This document shows, piece after piece, positions 15,001 through 27,756 of a DNA stretch of 64,000 nt. The translations under genes and the position numbers were made by a program. Below the pieces are notes generated by a model. That model had not been told where the DNA came from, ran no database searches, and worked only from the letters and a program-made list of their open reading frames with translations. Source of the stretch: Eledone cirrhosa. Its lineage: Eukaryota. The stretch spans positions 332,630,001 to 332,694,000 of the forward strand of contig OZ024740.1 in NCBI GenBank assembly GCA_964016885.1. The letters run 5' to 3'. Within the stretch, counting starts at the first letter, position 1. Every line of letters begins with the position of its first letter.

Positions 15001-15315
15001 GTAGTATAATGGTAGCTATTATCCTTCATAGGCGCTATGCCAAAATTAGCACTCGATATTCATCAGAGTAGAGTGTAGATATTATAAAGAAAACGAAAAA
15101 TCAGTGATGCATCTGGAGTTTCGTCCGGAGCAAATTTTATCACAGTGATAAAATTTGCTCCGGACGAAACACCCGTGTCTGGAAGAACCGGTAGAAGTAT
15201 AATCAGCCAGATCCATACAAGGACCATGTCTCGATCTACATGCCGGCGAAACATTTGTAACACAAAATAAACTAAGTCCAGATGCATCACTGATTTTTCG
15301 TTTTCTTTATAATAT
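14998..15315. mobile_element. Short fold-back element (tail + 39-bp inverted arms + nested palindrome + hammerhead-like motif)
   Basis: 15079-15117 is inverted at 15277-15315. Near-perfect palindrome at 15118-15170. Motif GTGT-CTGGAAGA-ACCGGTAGA...TCTACATGCCGGC-GAAAC-ATTT-G-TA-ACAC at 15175-15263, then AATAAA. Flanked by (TA)n. Confidence 0.65.
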
Positions 15316-15699
15316 ATATATTGCGTGTGTGTGTGTGTGCGTGTACAGAGAATGATGGCTTATAAAATGAAAAATATTCATATGTGTGTTAGGTTAAAGA
15401 TTCTTGTAGACAATAAAGGATTCAATAATTCAAGGAGTAGTACATCGGTGGTCAATCATTCATTTCACAACTTTTCCCATCAGGTTTAGTAGCAGCGAAT
15501 ATGATCACAGAAATACGAAAACAAAGGCGATTGAAGTGTTGGGTACATTTCTCACTGTTTCTCTAAACTATAAACTGTGCGCCTGTGTGTGTATCGAAAA
15601 CAATAGTACATTCTTCAAAGTGGTGTTTCCGTTGGTTAATTATAATATATATATTATTTTTTGTGAAACCAAAAAAGAAAAAGTCCTCTTCTCTCCCAC

Positions 15700-18600
15700 T
15701 CCAAAAACAAAATACAGAGGAAAACAAATAAACTATCAAACAAAAAAGTTAGGAGAGCTATGCCACCATGCACACCAGCAACACCAACCCCATCACCACA
15801 AACACCAAAACCATCACCATCATTAACCCCAACACCACCATCACCAACACCACAAAAGTCACCAAAATGCGAAACAGAAACAAAGCCACATCAAACGCAA
15901 ACAAAACAAGACAAACAAAACGATACACACTACACAGCATTAAATTTGAACAACAACCAATTATTACACTACATCCAACACAACACCAGCATCACAGAAA
16001 AAGACTACACGACAACCCAAAAGTTCACACCACCTCCACACATACAAATCACTCGCATCACACAGAAAACGTACACGACACTAAAACAAAAATTCCCCAA
16101 AGACATCGGAGACTTCCGACAAACAATCTCCAGGAGGATTTATTAGGACATCCTTCCGGAGGAGGCCACAAGCAGTGAAAAGGATGGAGAAACCATTCTT
16201 CCTTTGCAAGAAGTACGATAAGTGGTCTTTCCCATCTTTTCCACTCCATTTCAACATGACTTCACTCAGAATAGGCAGCATAAATGCGCGTGACTTGGGG
16301 TCGTCATAGAAGCAGGGCCACCTGCTCAACGACCTCAGGTCACTAAACGTAGATGTAGTGGCCATCAGCGAGACCAGAATCTCTGAAGCACGGGCCTTCG
16401 CACCGATCTTCGGCGGCTACGATGTGTACGCATCTCCCAGCCGTCCTGGATCGGGTGAGGAGTTGCAGTGCTTTTTCGGAGAGGTTTGGATCTCGCCATA
16501 CGGGCCATGTTCCTGGACCGATATGCTAAGTTGGTGGTGCTGGACGTGACCAGCGGAGACGGGCAATCTTTCAGGCTAGTGGCCGTCTATGCCCCGACAG
16601 GAGCAGGACGGCCTGATTTCATCCAGCGTCTGGGGACCTTTCTTAGGACGTCCCGCTCTTCAGTGTTAGTGGGCGACTGGAACGGGATCTTAGATGCACG
16701 CTGGGACTGTGTGGGATTAGCGGACAGGGGAGGAGGGTGCAAGAGCCTCACGAACCTGCTCAGGCGTTTTGAACTGTATGACAGGTATCGATTGGATTTC
16801 CCGAATGTGCCAATGTGGACTTGGTCAAATCGCATAGGGTCATCCAGATCATATCTAGATAGAGTATTGTGTAGCGAAATAGATAGGTCTAGCATAGGCT
16901 GTCCACAATTCAAGATAGTCAGCTACATGGACCACAAATTAGTGATCTGTGTGCTTGACTTAGATAGGCTTCATAGACGAGGACCGGCTACTGAAAGCTA
17001 AACGCGTCCTTACCAGCGCGCAAGGCCTACAGAGATCGGATTAGTGAACTAGTTAAGCGGGCGTTGACGGTGCCATCGTCAACAACAAGTGGTGGTTTGC
17101 TCTGAAAAGAGCGATTAGAATAGAATCCATTAGGTTTAGTAAGGCTTTAGCAAAAGAGAAAAATAGAGCAGAGGGAGAACTAGTTAGAAAATTAGACGAG
17201 GCGCTTAGCAAAGGCATCGCGACCGACGTGCTTGCGGCAAAATTGGCCCTTGACCAATTCTTCAATGCAAAGCACGAAGGCTGCGTTGTCAGAGCTAGGG
17301 TGCGTGCTCTCAGACACGAGGGGACGAAAGCCGTTCAATGGGCCTGAGTGGCGGAGGCGCGTCGTGGCAACAAAGCCACGATCAGGTCTTTGGTGGAACA
17401 CGATGGGCGCATTCTACTGGATCCCGGGCAAATGTGTGAAACTTTTCAGCGACACTTCGCACAGCTGTTCGGGGGCAGCGGCGAGCCGGTTCGAGGGATG
17501 GACTTTAGTGTCTACCTCGACGTACTGCCGCGGCTCTCGACCACTGAGGCGGAGTGTTGCGAAAACCCGATAACAGCCGCTGAAATACGGGAGGCAATTA
17601 CTGGTGCAAAAGAGGACATCGCCTGGTTTGGATGGTCTGCTCTATGAACTTTACGTACAGATGCCAGACTTGATCGGAGGCCTCTTGGCGGACGTCTACT
17701 CCAACTGGCAACAGAACGGGAGAATTCCCAGCTCTGTGAGCCGAGGAGCGGTGGCGCTACTGAGAAAGGATCCGAACAAGGGGGATAACATGGATAATTT
17801 CAGGCCCATAACTCTGCTAAACACAGAGTTCAAGATTTTGGCCAGGGTGCTAACAAAGAGGTTGGCGCTTGTCGTTGGTGGTCTGGTGGGAGAGGCGCAG
17901 ACATGCGCCATTCCTGAAGAGATCTATACACGACAACCTCCACCTCATGCGATACATCGTTGAGAGGGTAGCTAGGGAACCTGGCACAGGTGGGTCCTTG
18001 ATCAATTTAGATCAGTCGAAAGCTTTCGATAGGGTCGACCATCCTTACATAGCAGCTGTCCTGGGGATGGGTGGCTTTGGGTCCGACTTCATGCACAGCG
18101 ATATCTGCTCTGTGCTGAGAGTGAAATGTCACCTTTCGAAACCGTTCAACATCATGCGCTCGGTCCGGCAAGGATGTCCCTTCTCGTCCCTCTTGTACGT
18201 ATTGACTCTCGAGCTATTACTGCACAAACTGGAGAAGTTGAGGGGGATACCGCGCGAACTAGGATGCGGAAGATCCGTGTCAGCATATGCGGACGATGTC
18301 ACTGTACTGGTGTCGAACGCCAAACACATCGAGGCGATCGGCACTACACTAAGAGAATACGAGGCGGTGACAGGAGCAATGATCAACCAGGAAAAGTCAC
18401 TGGGCCTGCAGCTCGGCACCTGGAGAGGCAGGTCCATGCCGTCCAACAGCGTCGTCGGGCGTTGGGAGGACGGACCTGTTAAATTGATAGGGGTCTTGTT
18501 CGGTCCGGACCTCCAGACGGACAAAAACCGGGACGAGGTGACGAGCAGCGTGGCTTGTCTCACCCAGAAATGGGCGGAGAGAAAGCTATCCCTGAAAGGT

Positions 18601-19899
18601 CGAGCGGAGGTGGCTAACGCGTACATCGCGTCCGTCATCTACTACCGCCTGACCGTCGTACCTTGTCTTAAGCCCCGCCTGACTCCACTGGAGCGTTTGC
18701 TCTTTCGCTTTATGTGGAAGCGACGCGCACCGATGGTCAGGCGCTCTATCTGCTGTCAACCCCCGCTACGTGGAGGGCTGGGAATGCCGTGGCTGATGAT
18801 GCGCAGACACAGGCTAAGGCTACGCATCTCCACCTCTTCCTCGACGGTGATCAGGTGTGGTCACTGTTTGCTAGACGCGTATTTCCCCAGCTCGTCTCCT
18901 TGACGGAGCTGCAGTCCTGGGTCAAGCGAAGACCGAGAGGTAGCGCTTGGAGATTAGAATGTCTTCAGGCGCTCACAGCCCTCGACCAATCGGGCAATGT
19001 GATCTGTGGAAACTCCACCTTGGCGTTCTATAGAGGATTAGTGGAGGGGAAGAGCGACGACGTACTTGGAGAAATTCTCGGCGTCGACGAAAATCAACTA
19101 GCCAATCTCTTCGGAAAAACTTTCGGGCCGGGGCCTATGGACAACTTCCAGAAATCCTTGGCCTGGCAGTGCTACCGAGGAGCTTTGCCTGTTCGGGATA
19201 AACTCTACAGGCATGGAGGTGCCGTCAGCCGGGCATGTCCGAGATGCGCGCAGGGTGACGAAACCGTCCTGCACGCACTCGTCCAGTGTCCGAAAATTGC
19301 TGACTTGTGGGTTTATGTCGAACACCTGCTGTCACGTGTAGGACGGATCCAGGTATCAGCTGAGTCCTTCGTGAGGATTTCCCCGCCCTTTTCCTTTAGC
19401 CGGGAAGGGCAGGCAGTTTTTATCTGTCTGGTGGCCATGGCGAAAGAGATAGTATGGTGGACACGTTTTAAAGTGCTGCAGACGAGCACTTACCTCTTCG
19501 GTGATGCCCTGATTAACTTTTTCAAATTTCATTTGAAAAGGAAAATCAGAGTAGAGAGGGAAGTGCTCTCTTCCCAACATTTTGTTGAAAGATGGGTGAG
19601 AGAAGCAAGTATGGCCCGAGTGAATGGGCGTACTCTGAGTATGTGTCTGTAAATTAAAGGTGGAAAACTGGGAGAGGGCACTTGCCCTGGTGGTCAGGGT
19701 CACTGTGGCCTGTTAATGGGCTTTCTCCACAAATGTCCCTCCGAAGTCTCCCCCCTATTGGGGAATTTTTCATTGTTATTTTTTTATTACAGCCTCTTTT
19801 TTTTTTTACACGCAGAAACGCCCATTTGTATCGTCCTGTATTGTCCTGTACTGTCCTTAATGTCTACTTTATGTAAACCCTTGTGGTTAATAAAGAAAG

Positions 19900-19933
<34 letters not shown>
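15700..19933 (+). mobile_element. Tx1/L1-clade non-LTR retrotransposon, copy A (5'-truncated within ORF1)
   Basis: ORF1 3' end, then ORF2 with APE endonuclease, RT and C-terminal Cys/His motif. 3' UTR with AATAAA (about 19889) and a (TTA)n tail at 19902-19933. Left boundary approximate. Confidence 0.92.
16256..19652 (+). pseudogene. LINE ORF2 (APE endonuclease - reverse transcriptase - zinc knuckle), frameshifted
   Basis: MTSLRIGSINAR, VAISET, VYAP, GDWN, SYLDR, DH (APE). SPGLDGL, NFRPITLLNTEFKILA, LDQSKAFDRVDH, RQGCPFS, AYADD (RT). CPRC...ETVLHALVQC. Several frameshifts and stops. Confidence 0.92.
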
Positions 19934-20148
19934 GAATGCTATGGTAGACGGAGGCTCGGCTCTGTAAGTTATTGTAAATTTTGACCACTATAACAATTGT
20001 AAATTGTTTAAAACTTTAACCAAATTGTAGACAAAAACACCCTCCTTCTCGTGAGAGTGGTCTTTCTGCCCGTTATTTGGCCCTTCGGGGTAAAATAACC
20101 GCTTATTGGGGTTTTGTGCCCAATATTTAATTTAAACAAAAAAACAAC

Positions 20149-22144
20149 ATGGCCACGAAAAAGAATTTTCATAGGTCACTCCAACTCATTCCGTCTTCTT
20201 CTTCCTCAATTGTCACTACAGCAGAGAGAAGATTGTCTCTCTCCCTCCCTTCTCTAAATGTGTCTCTCTCCTTCCCTTCTCTTTCGCAAGCGACACCAGA
20301 AAAGAAAGATCACGTGCAAAGCGTGCAAGATTTCTCCACGACGACGACGACAACGACGAAAAAGGTGTGCGGGAAATACGAAAACCCATTTCATTCGTCT
20401 GACGTCAGGAATAATAGCAGTAGCAGCCGTAATAACAGCAGCAGAAGCAACAGTGACAAGGAAAACAACAGTAGCAGCCGCAACAACCATCAGCAGCAGC
20501 ATAAACAACAACAGCATTAGCAGGAACAACAACAACAACAGCAGCAGCAGCAACAACAACAACCACAGCAACAGCGGCATCGGCAGTAGTCGTAGTACCT
20601 GCAGCAACAACAAAAGTAACAGTTGCTCTGACGATAACAACAACAACAACAACAAGAGCAGCAGCAAACAAAACCAATCTCGTTTGCAGGTATCGCAAAG
20701 AATCTGGAAACCATCCTCATAACAAATGAGGAATTAGAGGAAGAGAAGAAGATGGTGACAAAAACCGGACACCGAGCAATCTGCAAGGCAGCCGAAAAAT
20801 TTGTAGAGACCCAACAGCACTGTACGGTCACGTACCGTACAGTAAGCACAAAATCCCGTAGGGTTAAAAGAGCCACAGAGGCTCAAATACAAAAAGCCTT
20901 AGGGTCTGTGTGGCAGCGGAAAACGGATATCACCCGAGGCAAGAAATATGCCACCGTAGACGTGCTTTTTTCCACACCCCAGGAGGAAAATGCTCAATCC
21001 CTAGTGACCCTAAGGAGCGAGGAAATGGTGTTGGTGCCCTCCTACTGCGGGAAAAAATTGTGAGGGTCAAACTGACCCACGTTCCCCCTGGGATGGCCTC
21101 TTCTTGGCTGGCCGCGTCTGTCCTCGTCGGAATTGAGGACAAAACAACTGTACTGCAAGTACAGAAAAAAGTAAGAGAGATTGGGTCGGCACCTCCATTG
21201 AGATGTTAATCCAAACCAACCAGGAGTGCATCGAAGCTATCCTGGATGTGATAGACTTCGATAACGGCACTCAACTGCCCATAAGTGTTGAGGGCAAACG
21301 CTCTAAATGCTTTCGCTGTGGATCGAAGACTCACCTCAGGGCCTTCTGCAACGAGAAGACCCTGAGAAAGGGAAAAAAACCCTCCTTCCGAAACCGGCTC
21401 CACGGCTACCAGCAACAGGACAAGCGGTAACTAGGAACGATAGGTCCGTGGCACCCATACCCACGCCACGGAAATCAAGAATAGCAGCAGCAGTGGAAGT
21501 ATTAACAACAACAACAGCAATACCAAATGCAGCTGTAACAGAGACTCCACTGCAAACATCACCAATAACAAGTGAAAGAGTTGAGCTGGTACCCCCTCCC
21601 CGACCTCACATAATCAGACATGGAGTGTGAGGTGGGAGAGGGATGGCAAAAGGTCGTAAGAAGGCACAAACGCAGAAGCAGCGCATCGTCGCCTTCGAAA
21701 AGGGAGGAAAGAAATGAAAAAATGGTAAAGGCTACTGCGAAGAGACTCACAGCAGCAACACCACCAACACCATCACTACCCACACTAACACCACCATCAC
21801 CACCGGCGACAACCCCACCGCCAACAACAACAACACCTTCAACACCACTACCACAAGCACCAACATCGCAAACACAACAACAAAACACACACATCCAGCA
21901 ACAACGACAAGAAAATTGCAGAACCACACCCTACCCCCAGAAAAACAAATGCACGGCAATAAATACACACAACAAGAAACTAATGACTTACAAAATTGAA
22001 CACACAGACATTTCACAGCACGACTACATAATACCAGCACCAATCAAAACGCCAACGAACATAAGACTGGTAAAAATATCACAGAAACAATACACAAACA
22101 TTAAAAGGAATTCCCCAACGCAGTTGGTGATTTCAGAGACCTAG
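20149..22144 (+). pseudogene. LINE ORF1 (gag-like, CCHC zinc knuckle), frameshifted
   Basis: Chain of ORFs 20149-22144 with a low-complexity N-terminus, CFRCGSKTHLRAFC (CX2CX4HX4C, about 21308-21350), GWQKV motif and a Pro/Thr-rich C-terminal part. Confidence 0.8.
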
Positions 22145-22325
22145 GAGGGACTCTCAACCGGTGAGTATATTCGGACATACTCATAGAAGAGCCGACGACC
22201 AGCCGAAGGGATGATTCAACGGTCCCTTCACCAGACAATCAAGTGAAAAGGGATGGAGAAATCATCCTTCCTTTACGAAAAGTACGGTAAGTGGTCTTTC
22301 CCATCTCTTCCACTTTATTTTAAAG

Positions 22326-25300
22326 ATGACCTCACTCAGAATAGGCAGCATAAATGCGCGTGGCTTGGGGTCGTCATGGAAGTAGGGTCACCTGCTCAAC
22401 GACCTCAGGTCACTAAACATAGATTTAGTGGCCATCAGCGAGACCAGATCTCCGAAGCACGGGCCTTCGCACCGATCTTCGGCGGCTACGATGTGTACGC
22501 ATCTCCCAGCCGTCCTGGATCGGGGGGTGGAGTTGCTGTGCTTTTTCGGAGAGGTTTGGCTATCGCCATACGGGCCATCTTCCTGGAACCAGAGGGTAAG
22601 TTGGTGGTGCTGGACGTGACCAGCGGAGACGGGCAAGCTTTCAGGCTAGTGGCCGTCTATGCCCCGACAGTATCAGGGCGGCCTGATTTCTTCCGGCGTC
22701 TGGAGACCTTTTTGGAACGTCCCGCTCTTTAGTGTTAGTGGGCGACTGGAACGGGGATCTTAGATGCACGCTGGGACTTTGTGGGATTAGCGGATAGGGG
22801 TGGAGGGTGCAAGAGCCTCCCGAACCTGCTCAGGCGTTTTAAACTGTATGACAGGTACTGATTGGATTTTCCGAATGTGCCAATGTGGACTTGGACAAAT
22901 CGCATAGGGTCATCCAGATCATATCTAGATAGAGTATTGTGTAGCGAAATAGATAGGTCTAGCATAGGCTGTCCACAATTCAAGATAGTCAGCTACACGG
23001 ACAACGAATTCGCGATCTGTGTGCTTGACTTAGATAGGCTTCATAGACGAGGACCGGCTACTGGAAGCTAAACGTGTCCTTACCAGCGCGCAAGGCCTAC
23101 AGAGACCGGATTAGCGAACTAGTTAAGCGGGCGTTGACGGTGCCATCGTCAACAACAAGTGGTGGTTTGCTCTGAAAAGAGCGATTAGAATAGAATCCAT
23201 TAGGTTTAGTAAGGATTTAGTAAAAGAGGAAAATAGAGCAGAGGGAGAACTAGTTAGAAAATTAGACGAGGCGCTTAGCAAAGGCATCGCGACCGACGTG
23301 CATGCGGCAAAATTGGCCCTTGACCAATTCTTCAATGCAAAGCACGAAGGCTGCGTTGTCAGAACTAGGGTGCGTGCTCTCAGACACGAGGGGACGAAAG
23401 CCGTTCAATGGGCCTGAGTGGCGGAGGCGCGTCGTGGCAACAAAGCCACGATCAGGTCTTTGGTGGACCACGACGGGCGCATGCTACTCGATCCCGGGCA
23501 AATGTGTGAAGCTTTTCAGCGACACTTCGCTCAGCTGTTCGGGGGGCAGCGGTGGGCCGGGTCGAGGGATGGACTTTAGTGTCTACCTCGAAGAACTGCC
23601 GCGGCTCTCGGCCACTGTGGCGGAGTGTTGCGAAAACCCGATAACAGTCGCTGAAGTACGGGAGGCAATGACTGGCTGCACAAGGGGTAAGTCGCCTTGT
23701 TTGGATGGTCTGCCCTATGAACTTTACGTACAGATGCCAGACTTGTTCGGAGGCCTCTTGGCGGACGTCTACTGCAACTGGCAACAAAACGGAAGAATTC
23801 CCAGCTCTGTGAGCCGAGGAGCGGTGGCGCTGCTGAGAAAGGATCCGAACAAGGGGGATAACATAGATAATTTCAGGCCCATAACTCTGCTAAACACAGA
23901 GTTCAAGATTTTGGCCAAGGTGCTAGCAAAGAGGTTGGCGCTTGTCGTTGGTGGTCTGGTGGGAAAGGCGCAGACATGCGCCATTCCCGACAGATCCATC
24001 GACGACAACCTTCACCTCATGCGATACATCGTAGAGAGGGTAGCTAGGGAACCTGCCATGGGTGGGTCCTTGACCAATTTAGATCAGTCGAAAGCGTTCG
24101 CTAGGGTCGACCATCGTTACGTAGCGGCAGTCCTGAGGGCTGCTGGCTTTGGGCCCGTCTTCAGAGGCTGGATCGCTGCCATGCACAGATACATCTGCTC
24201 TGTGGTGAGAGTGAACTATCACCTTTCGGAACCGTTCAACATCATGCGCTCGGTCCGCCAATGATGTCCCCTCTCGTCCCTCTTGTGAGTATTGACTCTT
24301 GAGCCATTACTGCACAAACTGGAGACGTTGAGGGGCGTCCCGCGCGAACTAGGATGCGGAAGATCCGTGTCAGCATATGCGGACGATGTCACCGTAGTGG
24401 TGTCGAACGCCAAACACATGGAGGCGATCGGCACTACACTAAGAGAATACGAAGTGGTGACAGGAGCAATGCTCAACCAGGAAAAGTCAGTGGGCCTGCA
24501 GCTCGGCACCTGGAGAGGCCCTGTTAAATTGCTAGAGATCTGGTTCGGTCCGGACCTACAGACGGACAAAAACTGGGACGAGGTGACGAGCAGGGTGGCT
24601 TCTCTCACCCAGAAATGGGCGGAGAGGAGCTATGCCTGAAAGTTGGAGCGGAGGTGGCTAACGCGTACATCGCGTCCGTCATCTCCTACCGCCTGACCGT
24701 CGTACCTTGTCCTAAGCCCCGCCTGACTGCGCTGGAGCGTTTGCTCTTTCTCTTTTTATGGAAGGGACGCGCTCCGATGGTCAGGCGGTCCATCTTCTGT
24801 CAACACCCGCTACGTGAAGGGCTGGGAATGCCGTGGCTGATGATGCGCAGACACGCGCTCAGGCTACGACATCTCCACCTCTTCCTCGACGGAGATCAGG
24901 TGAGGTCGCCGTTTGCTAGACACGTATTTCCCCAGCTCGTTTCCTTGACGGAGCTGCAATTCTGGGTCAAGCGAAGACCGAGAGGGAGCGCCTGGAGACT
25001 GGAATGTCTTCAGGCGCTAACAGCCCTCGACCAATCGGGCAATGTGATCGGTGGAAACTCCACCTCGGCGTTCTACAGAGGATTAGTGGAGGGGAAGAGC
25101 GACAACGTACTTGGGGAAACTCTAGGCGTCGACGAAAATCAACTAGCCAGTCTCTTCGGAAGAACTTTCGGGCCGGGACCTATGGACAACTTCCAGAAAT
25201 CTCTGGCCTGGTAGTGCTACCGAGGAGCCTTGCCAGTTCGGGATAAACTCTACAGGTATGGAGGTGCCGTCAGCCGGGCATGTCCGAGATGCGCGCAAGG

Positions 25301-25700
25301 CGACGAAACCGTCCTGCATGCACTCGTCCAGTGTCCGAAAATTGCTGACTTGTGGGTTTATGTCGAACACCTGCTGTCGCGTGTAGGACGGATCCGGCTA
25401 TCATCTGGGTCCATCGTGAGGATTGCCCCGCCCCCTTCCTTTAGCCGGGAAGGGCAGGCAGTTTTTTTTATCTGTCTGGTGGCCATGGCGAAAGAGATAG
25501 TATGGTGGACACGTTTGAAAGGGCTGAAGACGAGCACTAACCTCTTCGGTGATGCCTTGATTGACTTTTTCAAATTTCATTTGAAAAGGAAAATCAGAGT
25601 AGAGAGGGAAGTGCTCTCTTCCCAGCATTTTGTTGAAAGATGGGTGAGAGAAGCAAGAATGGCCCGAGTGAATGGGCCTACTCTGAGTATGTGTCTGTAA
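22326..25700 (+). pseudogene. LINE ORF2 (APE-RT-zinc knuckle), frameshifted with stops
   Basis: Same motifs as copy A (MTSLRIGSINARGL, NFRPITLLNTEFKILAK, AYADD, CPRC..HALVQC). Contains stops and a roughly 45-bp deletion near 24520. Confidence 0.92.
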
Positions 25701-25949
25701 ATTAAAGGTGGAAAACTGGGAGAGGGCACTTGCCTTGGTGGTCAGGGTCACAGCGGCCTTTTACTGGGCTTTCTCCACAAATGACCCTCCGAAGTCTTCC
25801 CCCTATTGGGGAATTTTTCATTGTTATTTTTTTGTTACATCCTCTGTTTGTGTTTTTTACACGCAGAAATGCCCATTTGTACCGTCCTGTATTGTCCTGC
25901 ACTGTCCTTAATGTCTACTTTATGTAAACCCTTGTGGTTAATAAAGAAA

Positions 25950-26022
<73 letters not shown>

Positions 26023-26339
26023 ACGTATTTTTTCATATAGTGCGAAAACATAGACGCTACACCAAGGTTAACAACATTACACACTATTTAAAACGTAGTT
26101 CTGCTAGGAACAGCCCATATCCATTGCAAGATATTATCGATTCAAATACACAGCAGAAACAACAATCTTCGCATCCTACACAATAAACAACTAATAGAAT
26201 TAAATCTACGAACCTCACTCAAAATAAGCTCTTTAATAAAACGTGCTAACACAAATAACATTACACATATTATACACAAGAAAACGACCCCATAAATATG
26301 ATGTACTCATTTCGAATGTATGAAACTAACATAAAAGCC

Positions 26340-26410
26340 ATCATCATCACCACCACCATCACCACCATCACCACCACTACTACTACTACTATTACTACTA
26401 CTACTACTAT

Positions 26411-26451
<41 letters not shown>

Positions 26452-26476
26452 GTAGTAGTAGTAGTAGCAGAAGCAC

Positions 26477-26526
<50 letters not shown>

Positions 26527-26529
26527 TTG

Positions 26530-26593
<64 letters not shown>
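26340..26593. repeat. Compound trinucleotide repeat (CAT/CAC)n(ACT)n(AGT)n
   Basis: Direct observation; (ACT)n switches to its reverse complement (AGT)n at 26450/26451. Confidence 0.95.
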
Positions 26594-26594
<1 letters not shown>

Positions 26595-27113
26595 TTGTTT
26601 CTACTTAGCTCTAGCAGACGTATATATGTTAACGTGATAGTGACAGCAGAAGAAGCAGTAGTATTATTAATAGTTACTGCATTCAATATTACTGTTGTTC
26701 TTACTATATATGCCACTATGGTTACTTCTGATGCTGTTAATGCAATTATGGTTACAGTGTCTGCTACTGATATTGTTTGCACTGCTATTTTGTTCTATAA
26801 GTGCATAGCAAGCCCGCTGCTATGAGCATCTAACATAACCAAACATTAATTTTTCTTCTTTTTTTTCAGACGTTGACAGAAATGTAAATCCTACAGTGGT
26901 AGCAGTCAGTAGTATTCAACCTTCATAGCTACCATTGTGAATTTAAAATTAAATGGGATAATCACAGAATCATATGAAAAAATCTAAAGATAATAAAAAT
27001 GTTGAAACCAGTAGAAATTTACACCGATATATATAAGTTCGCACTCACACAAATATTATCAGATACATACGTACACGTACACACACCTCTCTCATGCATG
27101 TGTGTATAATCCT

Positions 27114-27228
<115 letters not shown>

Positions 27229-27309
27229 ATGTGTGCGTGTGCATTATTTTGCATATACATATTTATATGTAATTTATTTTTTATTATACAGTGTATATAT
27301 ATATATATA

Positions 27310-27756
27310 TAACGGAGGAAATGTGGTAAGGAACCAGGTGGACCATAACGCACCAAAGTACTCAATACTTAGGGTAGTAGAGTGGGTAATAGGAACGAGT
27401 AGGACCCCGACGGCTGAGCTCAAGCCGTCGTAATTCTGGACTAAATGAACATTTTTATCCTGGTATTTGAATAGCCGAGCTTCTCAAGGGGTAATTCCAT
27501 ATATTGTAAAATTGATTGTCACAAGTATTGGTCAAAAGTTTGTTGTTGAGACCTGTGAGAAAAACCACAGACCCTCCATCTCAACTCTACTTTTGAAAAG
27601 CAGAAGAACTGCGAAACCGGTAAAGGAACCAAATAAATATATATATATATTTTTAAATAAGACTCCAGTTGCATATTCGATTTCATCTTTTTTTCTTCAT
27701 ACTTTCCCTCGTGTAGGACACCTCGGTTATTTTTCATTTTGTAAAAAAAACCTCAC

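Larger units (their letters stand above)
19934..26020 (+). mobile_element. Tx1/L1-clade non-LTR retrotransposon, copy B (apparently full length, defective)
   Basis: 5' UTR, ORF1, ORF2, a 3' UTR nearly identical to copy A, AATAAA and a (TTA)n tail at 25952-26020. Starts directly after the tail of copy A. Confidence 0.92.

Noticed and set aside
16587-25751. Minus-strand and alternate-frame ORFs within the LINEs
   Set aside because: Shadow ORFs of GC-richer LINE coding sequence with no independent motifs.
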